From the NCBI GenBank assembly GCA_045105515.1, contig JBGCDR010000108.1:1-64000 (forward strand): a stretch of DNA of 64,000 bases. The letters are read 5' to 3'. The notes below the pieces were generated by a model. It searched no databases. It was not told where the DNA came from and was given only the letters and a program-made list of their open reading frames with translations. This stretch comes from Oligoflexales bacterium (GTDB lineage Bacteria > Bdellovibrionota_B > Oligoflexia > Oligoflexales > Bog-1112). Position 1 is the stretch's first letter. Each line of letters begins with the position of its first letter. Shown here in pieces: positions 50,545-61,238 of the stretch. Both the position numbers and the translations under genes were made by a program.

Positions 50545-50730
50545 ATGTAAGAGACTGATGCTTCTACTGTAGTTCCCCTCTATAATGATTTTGAAGTACT
50601 GCTGAGGCTTTTTTGGATTATTAAACCTCGTGCACATATTTTGAGATTATTTTTATTGATGACTGTCATAAAGATAACACTTATTAAGAAACTTATAAAT
50701 ATATCCATCGAGATCAGAAAGAAAATTAAA
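50545..50730 (+). pseudogene. GT2 glycosyltransferase remnant
   Basis: RBS GAGGAG, ATG-TAA, then ETDASTVVPLYNDFEVL; after a frameshift YFEIIFIDDCHKDNTY*. These match the GT2 signatures SVVxPxYN and EIIxxDDxSxDxT. Confidence 0.7.
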
Positions 50731-50898
50731 ATTAATTTTAAATGAGTTTAATTTAAGACCAGAAAGTACGAGAATGCAGGAGTGAATAAAGCCACAAGGG
50801 AGCTTATAAATAATACTCTTAATTTCTGTTGTTTTTCTTTTTTGAGATTTGTTAGAAGATTTTTTATGAAGGGTTCTTTTATCTTTATAAAAAGAAAT

Positions 50899-51690
50899 TC
50901 ATTTACATGCATCAATTCGATTTTTAAAAGCATACCAATCCTCGTACCCTTTAATCCTCCTATTTAAATCTTTTTCTGAGTGGGAACCTAGAATCTCGGT
51001 TCTTCGCATTGCAAATTGATCCAAGGTGTTGGTATTATTAATTCCATTTATGCTGGAGTAAGCGAAAGAATACCCACACTTCTTAGCGATATCCATGGTA
51101 ACTTTCGAATGACTCCCATGAGGATATGATAGTAATTTTATGTCTTTTTGAATAATTTCTTCAAGTCGATTTTTGCTCTCTTTTAATTCACAATACTGCT
51201 CTTGAGAGCTTAATTGTGCTAAGCGTCTATGGCTAGCGGTATGTGATCCAATCTGACAAAGGTCCAGTCTGCTCAGCTCTTCCAGTTGGTTGTTATTTAG
51301 GTATGTACTTTTTCCGATAAGATCACTTATTACAAATATTGTAAAAGGCAAATTATAGTCAGAAAGAATTTCAGCTGCAGATAAATTGTCTTGGTATCCA
51401 TCATCAAAAGAAATAGAGATAGTCATTTCGCTTTTTGGAAAACTATTTTTATTCAGCTTGAATGGCAGAGGTGTTACCTTAAAGCGAGTTTTGGCAATAT
51501 TCTTAACATGCCGTCTAAACATTGATTTTGAAATGCATATACCATAGCTATCATGGTTAAGTTTTGTTCCAATTGAATGATATAAAAGTACTCTATTTCC
51601 CTCAAATTTTTTATGTCTATAAAACGTGTGATATGCGAGATTAGCAAAAGTAGATTTAGAAGTGCTTTTTATAGATCCCATGATATTCAT
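50899..51690 (-). CDS. Polysaccharide deacetylase (NodB/CE4 family)
   Basis: LLYHSI, ISFDDGY, IGSHTASH, SYPHG. Confidence 0.92.
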   Translation of the reverse strand: MNIMGSIKSTSKSTFANLAYHTFYRHKKFEGNRVLLYHSIGTKLNHDSYGICISKSMFRRHVKNIAKTRFKVTPLPFKLNKNSFPKSEMTISISFDDGYQDNLSAAEILSDYNLPFTIFVISDLIGKSTYLNNNQLEELSRLDLCQIGSHTASHRRLAQLSSQEQYCELKESKNRLEEIIQKDIKLLSYPHGSHSKVTMDIAKKCGYSFAYSSINGINNTNTLDQFAMRRTEILGSHSEKDLNRRIKGYEDWYAFKNRIDACK

Positions 51691-51713
51691 TCAATTATTT
51701 TCCTCTGAACGAA

Positions 51714-53537
51714 CTACAAATCTAACCATGTTATCGTATACATTAAAGCATCGGGTAGTGAGATTTGAAATTGTATTTTGAAAGTTTCAGCTGGCTTTTT
51801 AGCACCATACTCGGTTGAAACCCAGCCTAGATGATTCTGACCTCCGAAATAGTGAGTTATCGATGGTATAGAATTGCTTGTCACAGAAAAAATAAATTTA
51901 ATATTTTTACTTTCGCCCAGCCAGGTTCTACAATCTATTTGGCTCATTTTTATTTCAGGTGCCCAATGAAAATAAGAAGCCAATAAGTGATTTCCTTTTC
52001 CAATCAGATTATCGGTGACTGTCGAACCATCAGATTTAACTTGAATCGTCCTCGTTAGATTTATCGGTTTTTTGAGTCTTTCGAATCCATTTGTAGTAAT
52101 CTTAATTGTATTCTTCACATCATTTTTATTGTTTATTAAATCGATTGTACAATCTGAGGAACAGTATTGTCTTGGTAGGCGATGATGTGAATTTGGAATT
52201 ATTGGCAAATTATCTATTAGCAGTGTATTGTGTGCTTCAGCTTGCTTGCCGAAGCAACCAAATTCATTATTTGGCATGTAGTTGCTTCTACCACTATCGA
52301 CTAAAACTGGTAAGCCCTTATAAAAAAGACAAAAGTGTAATATGTCATAATGATGATGTCCTACACTTTGGGGAATACCTGATTTTTCAAGACGTGTAAA
52401 AACCTTTTGTTTGTAGGCATCAATTTGATACCACCCACTATCTGGATAGGTATTCTGATAATCTTGAATTTTAAAGCTCATACACTCTTGGTGCCATAAA
52501 TCCGATAAAAATCTATTTTCATTACTTTTTCCAGTTATCATTGGAAAAAGAAACTGGGGAGTAAAGTCTGGAGATATATCGCCGAAAAGTGGGATGGAAT
52601 AACCGTACTCATTTTTTATCATGAAGAATTTACATGCTTTTAGTGCCGATGTACACCTTGGTGCCAGATAGCTACAGAAATTATTGTCCTTTGCAATCTT
52701 TGAAAAGTGATATATTTCAACTAGCCATCTTGTAAAAAGCAGTTGATAGTGAGAAGAGCCTTCTCTTAAGAATCCGCTACAATCCATTAGTTTTGGCAAG
52801 ATATAGTAAATGATTTCCTTAGCAAAGTTTATCCACTCGGGGACACCAAAGCTAGTTCCAGCTAAAAAAATTGCTCTAGCATTATTTAGAACATGATTTC
52901 CTGTGGATTTTCCGAAAAATTCTACTCTAGCAGTCAATAGTTTTGTTTGATCTTTTAAGGCAGAGAAAATTTTATCCGTTGGTTTTGTTTTTTGGGAATA
53001 ATAAAATAATATGGAGTTACTAATTCTTTCGCCAATAGTATAACTTTGCCATTTGGCTTTTAGTTTTTGATTTTTCAGGATTTCCTGGTGTTCGATATGG
53101 AAAAGCTCAATCCAGGACTCTAGGTTTTGGTTAACCCATTTCAGTGTTTGTTTTTTCTCTATAGAATTACTCAAGTCTATTGATAAAAGCCAATTCCAGC
53201 GATGTAGTGATTCCTCGTCTTCAGAATCTGGAAACTTTGAATGCCAATAGATCGATTTGTTGCCACACTCAAGCCATTTGCTAGCTAATCTGATCTTTTG
53301 AACTCCATTGGCGGGTTTTGTTGTTGGGTCAAATGAGCTAAAACTTAGGGTCCAACGATTCTTTTGGTCGAATGAATCAAGATTTAGAAGTCTCTTTAGC
53401 CTTACTGGGTAGTAGTTTAGTCCATATGATGGGGCGAGGTATCTAACTCTAATCTTATTAAAAAGAAAAATAATAGTATTAAAAATATTGTTTCTAGTAA
53501 ATGTCCAGCGGAAAAATGTATAAGTTTCGGAAGTCAC
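51714..53537 (-). CDS. Heparinase II/III-like protein (polysaccharide-locus associated)
   Basis: LHRWNW, GNH.LNNA, EGSSHYQ, PLFGD, GHHHYD.LHF.L, VDSGR, AHNTL.ID. Confidence 0.88.
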   Translation of the reverse strand: MTSETYTFFRWTFTRNNIFNTIIFLFNKIRVRYLAPSYGLNYYPVRLKRLLNLDSFDQKNRWTLSFSSFDPTTKPANGVQKIRLASKWLECGNKSIYWHSKFPDSEDEESLHRWNWLLSIDLSNSIEKKQTLKWVNQNLESWIELFHIEHQEILKNQKLKAKWQSYTIGERISNSILFYYSQKTKPTDKIFSALKDQTKLLTARVEFFGKSTGNHVLNNARAIFLAGTSFGVPEWINFAKEIIYYILPKLMDCSGFLREGSSHYQLLFTRWLVEIYHFSKIAKDNNFCSYLAPRCTSALKACKFFMIKNEYGYSIPLFGDISPDFTPQFLFPMITGKSNENRFLSDLWHQECMSFKIQDYQNTYPDSGWYQIDAYKQKVFTRLEKSGIPQSVGHHHYDILHFCLFYKGLPVLVDSGRSNYMPNNEFGCFGKQAEAHNTLLIDNLPIIPNSHHRLPRQYCSSDCTIDLINNKNDVKNTIKITTNGFERLKKPINLTRTIQVKSDGSTVTDNLIGKGNHLLASYFHWAPEIKMSQIDCRTWLGESKNIKFIFSVTSNSIPSITHYFGGQNHLGWVSTEYGAKKPAETFKIQFQISLPDALMYTITWLDL

Positions 53538-53816
53538 TTTGATCCCAACTTTACATAATAGTATTAGAGAATTTTTTACATTCTATATAATTTGAGATTT
53601 TTGCTCAAGATGATTCTTTGTTGCGCAAAATTAAAATCATCTTTAAGAAGCGGACAAATTAAGTTATCTTGACTTTAAGCTATCATAGTAAACGCGAAAT
53701 TTTTGTCAGCACTTATTTGCTGCAAATATACCGTTTCTGTTATTGCTTAAGAACAGACAATCAACAAAAATTTAAAAAGCTAATTCTTAAATTATGATTC
53801 TGAGAGGACTTCCAAT

Positions 53817-55673
53817 ATGTGTGGGATTGCAGGTTTTATAAATTTTGATGGAAGTTTTGCGGAAAGTTCAATACTTGACCAAATGGTTGATCAGATGAAG
53901 CTAAGAGGACCTGATAGCAGAGGAATCTATACTGATAAAAATGTTGCTCTAGGAATGCGAAGACTAGCAATAATCGACCAAGCGGGTGGAAGACAACCAA
54001 TACAGAATGAAGATGGTTCCGTGGTAGTAGTATGCAATGGTGAAATTTATAACTATAAAGAGTTGAGGAAAGATTTAGAGACTAGAGGACACAAATTTTC
54101 GACACATTCTGATGTAGAAGTTCTAGTTCACCTATACGAGGATTTTGGTTTAGAAGCAATTCAAAGAATTAATGGAATGTTTGCATTTTGTATATGGGAT
54201 AAAAAATATAGGAAGATGTGGATAGGTCGGGATAGAATAGGCATTAAACCTTTAGTATACCGGCAGACTGGAAATGAATTTATATTTGCATCAACAGCGG
54301 ACTCATTATTGAAACACCCAAATTCTAATGCAAATTTGAGTGAAGATGCATGTTTACTTTATCTGGGTTTATCTTATATACCTAGCCCATATACGATCTA
54401 TTCTGAAATTAAAAAATTACCTCCAGGTTGCTTTCTTATTATCCAAGAAACCGGAGAAATTAAACTTGAGAAATACTGGGATGTGACAAATTATAGTAGT
54501 ATTAAACTAGAGACCAAAGATATAGATGAAATGGTCCTCTCTATACTCAAAGATTCTATAAAAATTGAATCTAGGTCTGATGTCCCAGTCGGTTCTTCTC
54601 TAAGTGGCGGCTTAGATAGCAGCTCTATAACTGCATTATATTCTTTACAATCAGACCTACCCGTACATACTTTTTCAGTTGATTTTGAAGGGAAAGGTGA
54701 TTCGGAAGCAGAATATGCTAAACTTGTGGCAAATCGGTATAATGCGATTCATCATCCAATATTGATCTCAGCCAAGGACGGCTGGTTAAATCTAAAACGA
54801 ATCTTATCGATCATAGATGAGCCAATTGCAGATTCAGCTATAGTCCCATCATACTGCCTTTCAAAATATGCACGTCAAAGTGAGATAAAAGTTTTGATCA
54901 GTGGTGCTGGTGGTGATGAAATATTTGGCGGATATTTTAGACATTATAAACGTAAACGGAATTACCTAGTCAGGAACTGGCAAGCTGAAAAATTTCCTTG
55001 GCTTGAATCCTCCGCATATTTGTTTGGAAACAAAATCCAAAACTACGCATTTCAGTCTATAAACAGAGGTATTAACTATTCTACGTCCACATCTGGTGTG
55101 AATTTAGGATTTTTATCAAAAGTACTAGATGAAACTAAGTTTCGTCGACTACTTGAGTTGTTATCTGAACATTTTTCGAATATTTATAAATTAGAGAAAG
55201 ATTTAGGGTTTACACTCTCTAGAATGAAGACTGACCTAGATTATTATCTTGCGGATAATATTCTAGCATTACTTGATAAAAGTACGATGGCTACTTCAGT
55301 TGAAGGGCGAGTTCCTTTACTTGACCATAGGTTAGTTGAGTGCGCATTCGCAGTTGGTGAGCGACAGCAGTTTGTTAAGTCAAATCCTAAGCGCTTATTT
55401 AAAAGAATAATGGCTCCTTATGTTCCAGATGAAATAATCAATAGAAGGAAGCTTGGTTTCAATGGGCCGATAAATTTTTGGTTAAAGAATCTAAGAGAAG
55501 GAAACATTCTTACTGATTTAGTTGTAAACGAAAATCCGTTAATAGGGACTATGTTTAATCCAAAATTACTGCTTAAAGAAGTGGATTCATTTAATGATGA
55601 TCGTGCTGTGGAAACAACTTATCAACTATTAGTATTTAATCAATGGTATCAAAACCATGCATTGAAGGTGTGA
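53817..55673 (+). CDS. asnB: AsnB-type glutamine-dependent amidotransferase
   Basis: MCGIAG, RLAIID, NGEIYN, RDRIGIKPL, LSGGLDSS, SGAGGDEIFGGY, RVPLLD. Confidence 0.93.
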   Translation: MCGIAGFINFDGSFAESSILDQMVDQMKLRGPDSRGIYTDKNVALGMRRLAIIDQAGGRQPIQNEDGSVVVVCNGEIYNYKELRKDLETRGHKFSTHSDVEVLVHLYEDFGLEAIQRINGMFAFCIWDKKYRKMWIGRDRIGIKPLVYRQTGNEFIFASTADSLLKHPNSNANLSEDACLLYLGLSYIPSPYTIYSEIKKLPPGCFLIIQETGEIKLEKYWDVTNYSSIKLETKDIDEMVLSILKDSIKIESRSDVPVGSSLSGGLDSSSITALYSLQSDLPVHTFSVDFEGKGDSEAEYAKLVANRYNAIHHPILISAKDGWLNLKRILSIIDEPIADSAIVPSYCLSKYARQSEIKVLISGAGGDEIFGGYFRHYKRKRNYLVRNWQAEKFPWLESSAYLFGNKIQNYAFQSINRGINYSTSTSGVNLGFLSKVLDETKFRRLLELLSEHFSNIYKLEKDLGFTLSRMKTDLDYYLADNILALLDKSTMATSVEGRVPLLDHRLVECAFAVGERQQFVKSNPKRLFKRIMAPYVPDEIINRRKLGFNGPINFWLKNLREGNILTDLVVNENPLIGTMFNPKLLLKEVDSFNDDRAVETTYQLLVFNQWYQNHALKV

Positions 55674-55674
55674 T

Positions 55675-56487
55675 ATGAATAATTTCATTTCCGTGGTTTG
55701 CCCTACTTTTAATTCTGCATCTTATTTAGAAGGAACTTTAAAATGTCTGTTGGATCAAAGTGTACTTCCTTTTGAAGTTGTTTTTTCAGATGATTATTCA
55801 ACTGATAATACTTTAGAAATACTCACAAAATGGGAGAAAAAATTTTCTAATCTAGGAGTTAGATATGTGGTAGTTGAAAACCCACATATGGGGCCTGGAG
55901 CTACAAGAAATGCTGGTATTTTAGCTGCACATGGTTCTTGGATTTCTTTTCTTGATTCAGATGACGTTTGGTACCCACAAAAAATTGAACAGCTGTGTAA
56001 ATACATTGAGGATAATAAGGCCTTAAATACGGTAGTCCATTGGGAAACCTACCAGATGATCAATGGTAATTCTCGTGTTCTAAAACATGGTAGTAAATTA
56101 GATTTATCTAAGCCCTTGGCTAAGCAGATATATAAAGATAATGTGTTGTCAACATCTGCTGTTAGTTGCAAAAAGTCTCTATTGACAGATATAGGGATGT
56201 TTGATCAAAATTTACCCGTATCTCAGGACTTTGACCTTTGGTTGAGAATAGCTCCAAAGATGAAACTTGGTGTTATTGAGACACCTTTGGGAATTTATGT
56301 TGAAAGGCCTGGAAGTATTTCAGCTAAGCCTTACTATATTCGATATTTTAATTACATGAAAATATTGATTAAGCATAGGCATGTTGGGGGAATACGACAG
56401 TTTCTATTTAAATCAATTAGAGCAACTATTTCAAAGCAATGGTTGCGTAGTTTGTATAAGAAATTGGCGGGAAATGAAGGGCATTAA
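55675..56487 (+). CDS. Glycosyltransferase family 2
   Basis: ISVVCPTFN, DDYSTDNT, RNAGI, FLDSDD, QDFDLW. Confidence 0.93.
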   Translation: MNNFISVVCPTFNSASYLEGTLKCLLDQSVLPFEVVFSDDYSTDNTLEILTKWEKKFSNLGVRYVVVENPHMGPGATRNAGILAAHGSWISFLDSDDVWYPQKIEQLCKYIEDNKALNTVVHWETYQMINGNSRVLKHGSKLDLSKPLAKQIYKDNVLSTSAVSCKKSLLTDIGMFDQNLPVSQDFDLWLRIAPKMKLGVIETPLGIYVERPGSISAKPYYIRYFNYMKILIKHRHVGGIRQFLFKSIRATISKQWLRSLYKKLAGNEGH

Positions 56488-56519
56488 CGAAATATGGTGG
56501 ATAATGATCGGAGGAAATT

Positions 56520-57755
56520 TTGAATCTTCTTATATTTACAGAAAACGATCATTGTGGAGGTCTTGACTCCTTTATAGTAAATTTAGTGAATAATTGGCCT
56601 GGCCATGTTACCGAAGATACAATTACAATTATCTGTAATAATAACCATCCAGGGCTAGAGGTCATAAACTCCCGAGTTAATAAAAGTTGTAAGATCATTC
56701 CACATAAATTACCAATTCTTAGTAGATGGACTAGGGAAAAGCGTAAGTCATCATCACCTCTAGGTTCAATATTAGTCAAAGTTCAAAGTATTTTTTTAAA
56801 GTATTTATTTATGATTTATCAAGTTAGACACTTGAGAAGAATTTTTATACAAGGAGGCTGGACTCATTTAATTGTCGTAAATGGAGGTTATCCTGCGGGT
56901 GATTCTTGTCGATCGGCTTCTATAGCATGGAAAATAGCCAATAAAGAGAAGCCTTCAATCCATAATTTTCACAATATGGCAATAAAACCGAGATCAATAC
57001 TTTTGGTACCAGAAATGATTGTTGACAATTTAGTGGTCTGGGCATCAAAACAAATAGTTACCGTATCTAAGGTATGTTCCGAGTCTATGAGTAATAGATC
57101 ACAAATTTGGAAGAAATTAAGGCCAATATATATTTACAATGGTATTGAGCCTAGATTTCGGTCTACCGGCCCCGAAAAAACAAACATTTTAAAAAAGCGC
57201 CTAAATCTACCAGATAGTTCTCAAATATGTTTAATGTTAGGTGTTTATGAAGAAAGAAAAGGTCATAGGTTTCTTTTTGAAGCCTTTAAAACTGTTGCTA
57301 AAAAGGTTCCAAATGCAAAACTAGTGATATGCGGTCATGGTTACCCAGATGAAATAAACAAAGTCGAACAATTGAAGATCAAAATGGGTTTAGAAAAGCA
57401 GGTAATTTTACTAAATTTTACCGATGATGTAGATGGGATGATCAGATCAAGTGACGTTCTACTTGTAGGGTCACAAGAGTTTGAATCCTTCGGTCTAACA
57501 ATTGTTGAGGCTATGGCCAATAAGATCCCTGTGGTCGCAACCGATGTGGGTGGGATCCCAGAAGTATTAATGCATGGGCAAGGTGGATTCTGTTGCAACA
57601 GAAATGACCCTGAAGAGTTTGCTGATAAAGTTATTATGCTATTGAAGGATGAAAAATCCAGGAAAATAATTGGTGATCAAGGTTTTGAATGTTTTAATGT
57701 GAAATTTACTGCTAAAGTAATGGCTAATAAATATTATAAACAGCTAACGACTTGA
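56520..57755 (+). CDS. Glycosyltransferase family 4
   Basis: IYNGI, EERKGH, ESFGLTIVEAMA, TDVGGIPE. Confidence 0.92.
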   Translation: MNLLIFTENDHCGGLDSFIVNLVNNWPGHVTEDTITIICNNNHPGLEVINSRVNKSCKIIPHKLPILSRWTREKRKSSSPLGSILVKVQSIFLKYLFMIYQVRHLRRIFIQGGWTHLIVVNGGYPAGDSCRSASIAWKIANKEKPSIHNFHNMAIKPRSILLVPEMIVDNLVVWASKQIVTVSKVCSESMSNRSQIWKKLRPIYIYNGIEPRFRSTGPEKTNILKKRLNLPDSSQICLMLGVYEERKGHRFLFEAFKTVAKKVPNAKLVICGHGYPDEINKVEQLKIKMGLEKQVILLNFTDDVDGMIRSSDVLLVGSQEFESFGLTIVEAMANKIPVVATDVGGIPEVLMHGQGGFCCNRNDPEEFADKVIMLLKDEKSRKIIGDQGFECFNVKFTAKVMANKYYKQLTT

Positions 57756-58889
57756 TACAGTTTCAAGACTCCTGTACAAAGTCATTGTCTTACGATTTAC
57801 TTCACTTATTGTTAATTGTGAAAGAAAAAGCGCATGTGCATTTTCAATCATATTTTTTTGTAAATTGACGTCTGTTGATAATTCTATAATAGCCTCAGAA
57901 ATCGCATCGGAATTTTTGCTTGGGGCTAACATGCCAGTGTTTTTATCCGAAACTATTTCGCGACAACCTGTTACGTCGCAAGTTATCACAGGTCTGCCAA
58001 TAGCAAATGCTTCAATCAATGATTTGGGAAGCCCTTCATGGTATGTTGGCAAGCATACCATATCACATTCATTGTAAAGATCTTTCATATTCTTAACATA
58101 TCCAAAGAACTCAACACTCGGACATTCATCAGAAAGTTTATCCACTTCTTCTTGTGTTAAAGATGTTGGATTTACTGGATCAATATCGCCTGCGAAAATA
58201 AACTTATGAGAAATATTTCTTTGATCTAATACCAACGATGCATTGCATGCTTCAACAATACCCTTATCTTTGAGGAGTCTTGCTGGGACCAATATCTTTA
58301 ATTCCTTGTAGAGAGAAAAAGGTTTTGGATTAAATTGATATTTACCTTCATCGACTCCGCTCCCCTTTATTAAGCAGATTTTATCTGTCTTGATACCCCA
58401 TCGAATTAGTTGATTTCGATCATCTCTATTCTGAACAATTGTTTTGGAGTTTCTTCCATTCATAATAAAATAATAGATTTTTACTATGAAAAATTTAATA
58501 AATTTATACTTGAACTTATCAGAATTAAATAAACTCCCGAAACCTGATATTGCAAATATAGTTTTCCGATTTAGCATTCTTAATGGTATTCCGTACAATA
58601 AAATCGGAATGATCGTTATGAGGTGGAAAATGGCACTTTTGTTCTTTAATGCGAAAAAAAAGGTTTTGAGCGAGCAAATTGCCGAATTTATTATTCCAAT
58701 ATTTAGTGGGTTAAACGATGCATGTAAAAAGCTTATGTTGTTGTTACGTAAATGCTTAGACGTACTATTACTTAAATTTGGAGCTACAAGGACGGATTTA
58801 AAACCGTGGCAATTTGCTTCAATTGCTAAGTTTAATCTATGACTGGCAAAAAAATCTGAATTATTGATGACAAAAAATATTTTCTTCAT
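57744..58889 (-). CDS. Glycosyltransferase family 4 (WbpU/CapM-like)
   Basis: FFASHRL, QNRDD, GSGVD, RLLKDKG, EGLPKSLIEA, DVTGCREIV. Confidence 0.92.
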   Translation of the reverse strand: MKKIFFVINNSDFFASHRLNLAIEANCHGFKSVLVAPNLSNSTSKHLRNNNISFLHASFNPLNIGIINSAICSLKTFFFALKNKSAIFHLITIIPILLYGIPLRMLNRKTIFAISGFGSLFNSDKFKYKFIKFFIVKIYYFIMNGRNSKTIVQNRDDRNQLIRWGIKTDKICLIKGSGVDEGKYQFNPKPFSLYKELKILVPARLLKDKGIVEACNASLVLDQRNISHKFIFAGDIDPVNPTSLTQEEVDKLSDECPSVEFFGYVKNMKDLYNECDMVCLPTYHEGLPKSLIEAFAIGRPVITCDVTGCREIVSDKNTGMLAPSKNSDAISEAIIELSTDVNLQKNMIENAHALFLSQLTISEVNRKTMTLYRSLETVSSR

Positions 58890-58894
58890 ATGTT

Positions 58895-59977
58895 TTAGGC
58901 GTACAGATTATGATAGTTATTTTTATACCAATCTATGGTTTCTTTGAGTCCATCAGCTAGACATTTAGTAGGGTTATAGCCTAAGAAAGATTTTGCTTTT
59001 GAACAGTCAGCTAGAGAGTGTTTAATATCACCTTTTCTCGGTTCAGCATAGCTGATTGAGAACTCGGAGTCACATCCCCATATTTCAGATATTATAAAGG
59101 CTAGCTCTTTTAGAGAAGTCTTTTCTCCGAAACCAGCATTAAAAACATGATTATATGCAGATATATTTTGAGTAGTAGCAGCTAAAATATTCATTTGTAT
59201 GACATTATCAATGAAAGTAAAGTCTCTGTATGTCTCTCCATCGCCGAATATGGTTATACCCTTTTTGTTAGCTATATTTCCTATCCACTTGGGTATGACC
59301 GCCGAATACGTGCTGCTTGGATTCTGGAAAGGACCAAATACATTGAAATATCTGAGCCCTATGCATTGCATATCGTAATTATTTCCTATGGTGCAGGCAT
59401 AAGATTCACAAGTTTTTTTACTTACAGCATATGGAGAAAGTGGAATACCTACATTTTCTTCTCGTTTAGGTAAATCAGGATTATCTCCATACACTGAACT
59501 AGATGAAGCATAAACAAATCTTCTGATATTGTTATTGTTGGCGGCTACTATTAGGTTTAATGTACCATTTACATTTGACATATTGGTTTCAATGGGCTTT
59601 TGAAACGATCTAGGTACACTGCCTAAAGCAGCTTGATGCAAAATTACATCTACACCCTTGCATACTCTGTTACAGGTTTCTGGGTTTGCTATATCGTCTT
59701 CAAAGAATTTGTAATTGCTATCAAAGTTAGGTAATAAATCGCTCAAAAAATTGGAATTGCCCTTAACGCCAGTTGAGTAATTATCAATGCCAATCACATT
59801 TTGATCCAACTCTAATAGGGCTTTGACTAAGTTTGTTCCAATAAACCCGGCACTACCAGTCACTAACCATGTTTTGGGTGAGGATTTTAAACTTTTGCAT
59901 ACACTTTCAAATAAACTAGTTGGACTCAATTTAGACACCTCTCTACAACTGCCAAACACTGATACCAGTGCCTTCAA
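58895..59977 (-). CDS. UDP-GlcNAc(A) 4-epimerase (WbpP/TviC-like)
   Basis: WLVTGSAGFIG, HQAALGSVPRS, ASSSSVYGD, SPYAVSK, RYFNVFGP.Q.P...Y.AVIPKW, RDF. Confidence 0.92.
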   Translation of the reverse strand: MKALVSVFGSCREVSKLSPTSLFESVCKSLKSSPKTWLVTGSAGFIGTNLVKALLELDQNVIGIDNYSTGVKGNSNFLSDLLPNFDSNYKFFEDDIANPETCNRVCKGVDVILHQAALGSVPRSFQKPIETNMSNVNGTLNLIVAANNNNIRRFVYASSSSVYGDNPDLPKREENVGIPLSPYAVSKKTCESYACTIGNNYDMQCIGLRYFNVFGPFQNPSSTYSAVIPKWIGNIANKKGITIFGDGETYRDFTFIDNVIQMNILAATTQNISAYNHVFNAGFGEKTSLKELAFIISEIWGCDSEFSISYAEPRKGDIKHSLADCSKAKSFLGYNPTKCLADGLKETIDWYKNNYHNLYA

Positions 59978-61238
59978 AGGAATTTTTATCTAATACGCTT
60001 TTGATATCCATAATGATCCCATTAGGATTCATTTTATTTACCCAATCGGAGGGTTTAAGGTTGATATATTCTTTGTGAGGAACAGCTAGAATAAGGACAT
60101 CTAAATCATTAATTTCATTGCTATGAAATAACTTTGCTGAGAAAGAGGCCTGCATGTCCGATTTATTTACATAATAATCAGTTAAATGCAAATTTAGATT
60201 ATAGTCATCTAGTTCCTTTATTATATCTATCACTTTGCTATTTCTGAGGTCAGGGCAGTTTTCCTTAAATGTCAGTCCAAATATGCCTACGGAGGAACTC
60301 TGGATTGGAATATTTGCTTTGATCATTAAGCTAATCATTTTTTCAACTGTGAAACCTGGCATTTTATCATTTATTCTTCTTCCAGCTTGAATAATCTCTG
60401 GATGATATCCGATAAGATTAGCTTTATGTACCAAATAATAAGGGTCTACCCCTATACAATGGCCGCCTACCAAACCAGGTTTAAAGTTGATAAAATTCCA
60501 TTTTGTAGAAGCTGCTTCCAGTACATCGGCAGTATTAATATTGAGTTTGTCAAATATTATGGCTAGCTCATTCATCAAAGCGATATTTATATCTCGCTGA
60601 GTATTTTCAATAACTTTCGCAGCTTCAGCAACTTTTATGCTTGGAGCAATGTGAATACCAGCTTCAACAACTTCTCCGTAAATTTCAGCCAGCTTTCTCG
60701 CAGTATCTTTATTGCATCCAGATACTACTTTAGTGATTTTTGAAAAGGTGTGCACATGATCTGCTGGATTTATTCTTTCGGGGGAATATCCGTAAAAAAA
60801 GTCTAGATTTCCTTTTAATAGAGAACCCTTTTCAAGGATGGGAACACAATATTCTTCAGTTACACCAGGATACACAGTCGATTCATATACAACAATATCA
60901 TTAACTTTTAGTATTTTACTTAAGAGTTCAGAAGCTGATTTCAGAGCCCTTAAATCTGGGTTTTTAGCCACATCAATTGGAGTTGGTACTGCAACTATAT
61001 GAACTATGCAGTCAGCAATATCGTCTAATTCGCTAGTAAAAAATATTGACGTTTCTTTAAGATTCTCTATAGAAACTTCATTTGTATTATCAATCCCATC
61101 ACGTAGTTCATCAATTCTTGTCTGATTGATATCAAAGCCAACAACAGAGAATTTTTTGGCTAAAGCGATGGCCATGGGAAGACCGACATAACCTAGACCG
61201 ATCACTGAAATTTTAACTTTGTCCATAGCGTTGCTCAA
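59943..61238 (-). CDS. UDP-N-acetylhexosamine 6-dehydrogenase (WbpO/TviB-like)
   Basis: GLGYVGLP, ESTVYPG.TEE, SPERINP, EAAKVIENTQRD.NIA, GGHCIGVDPYYL, FKENCPD.RNS. Confidence 0.94.
   Translation of the reverse strand: MSNAMDKVKISVIGLGYVGLPMAIALAKKFSVVGFDINQTRIDELRDGIDNTNEVSIENLKETSIFFTSELDDIADCIVHIVAVPTPIDVAKNPDLRALKSASELLSKILKVNDIVVYESTVYPGVTEEYCVPILEKGSLLKGNLDFFYGYSPERINPADHVHTFSKITKVVSGCNKDTARKLAEIYGEVVEAGIHIAPSIKVAEAAKVIENTQRDINIALMNELAIIFDKLNINTADVLEAASTKWNFINFKPGLVGGHCIGVDPYYLVHKANLIGYHPEIIQAGRRINDKMPGFTVEKMISLMIKANIPIQSSSVGIFGLTFKENCPDLRNSKVIDIIKELDDYNLNLHLTDYYVNKSDMQASFSAKLFHSNEINDLDVLILAVPHKEYINLKPSDWVNKMNPNGIIMDIKSVLDKNSFEGTGISVWQL

Noticed and set aside
50748..50967. Two overlapping 61-aa ORFs at the deacetylase 3' end
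   Set aside because: AT-rich, no motif or RBS; probably chance frames or unrecognisable decay.
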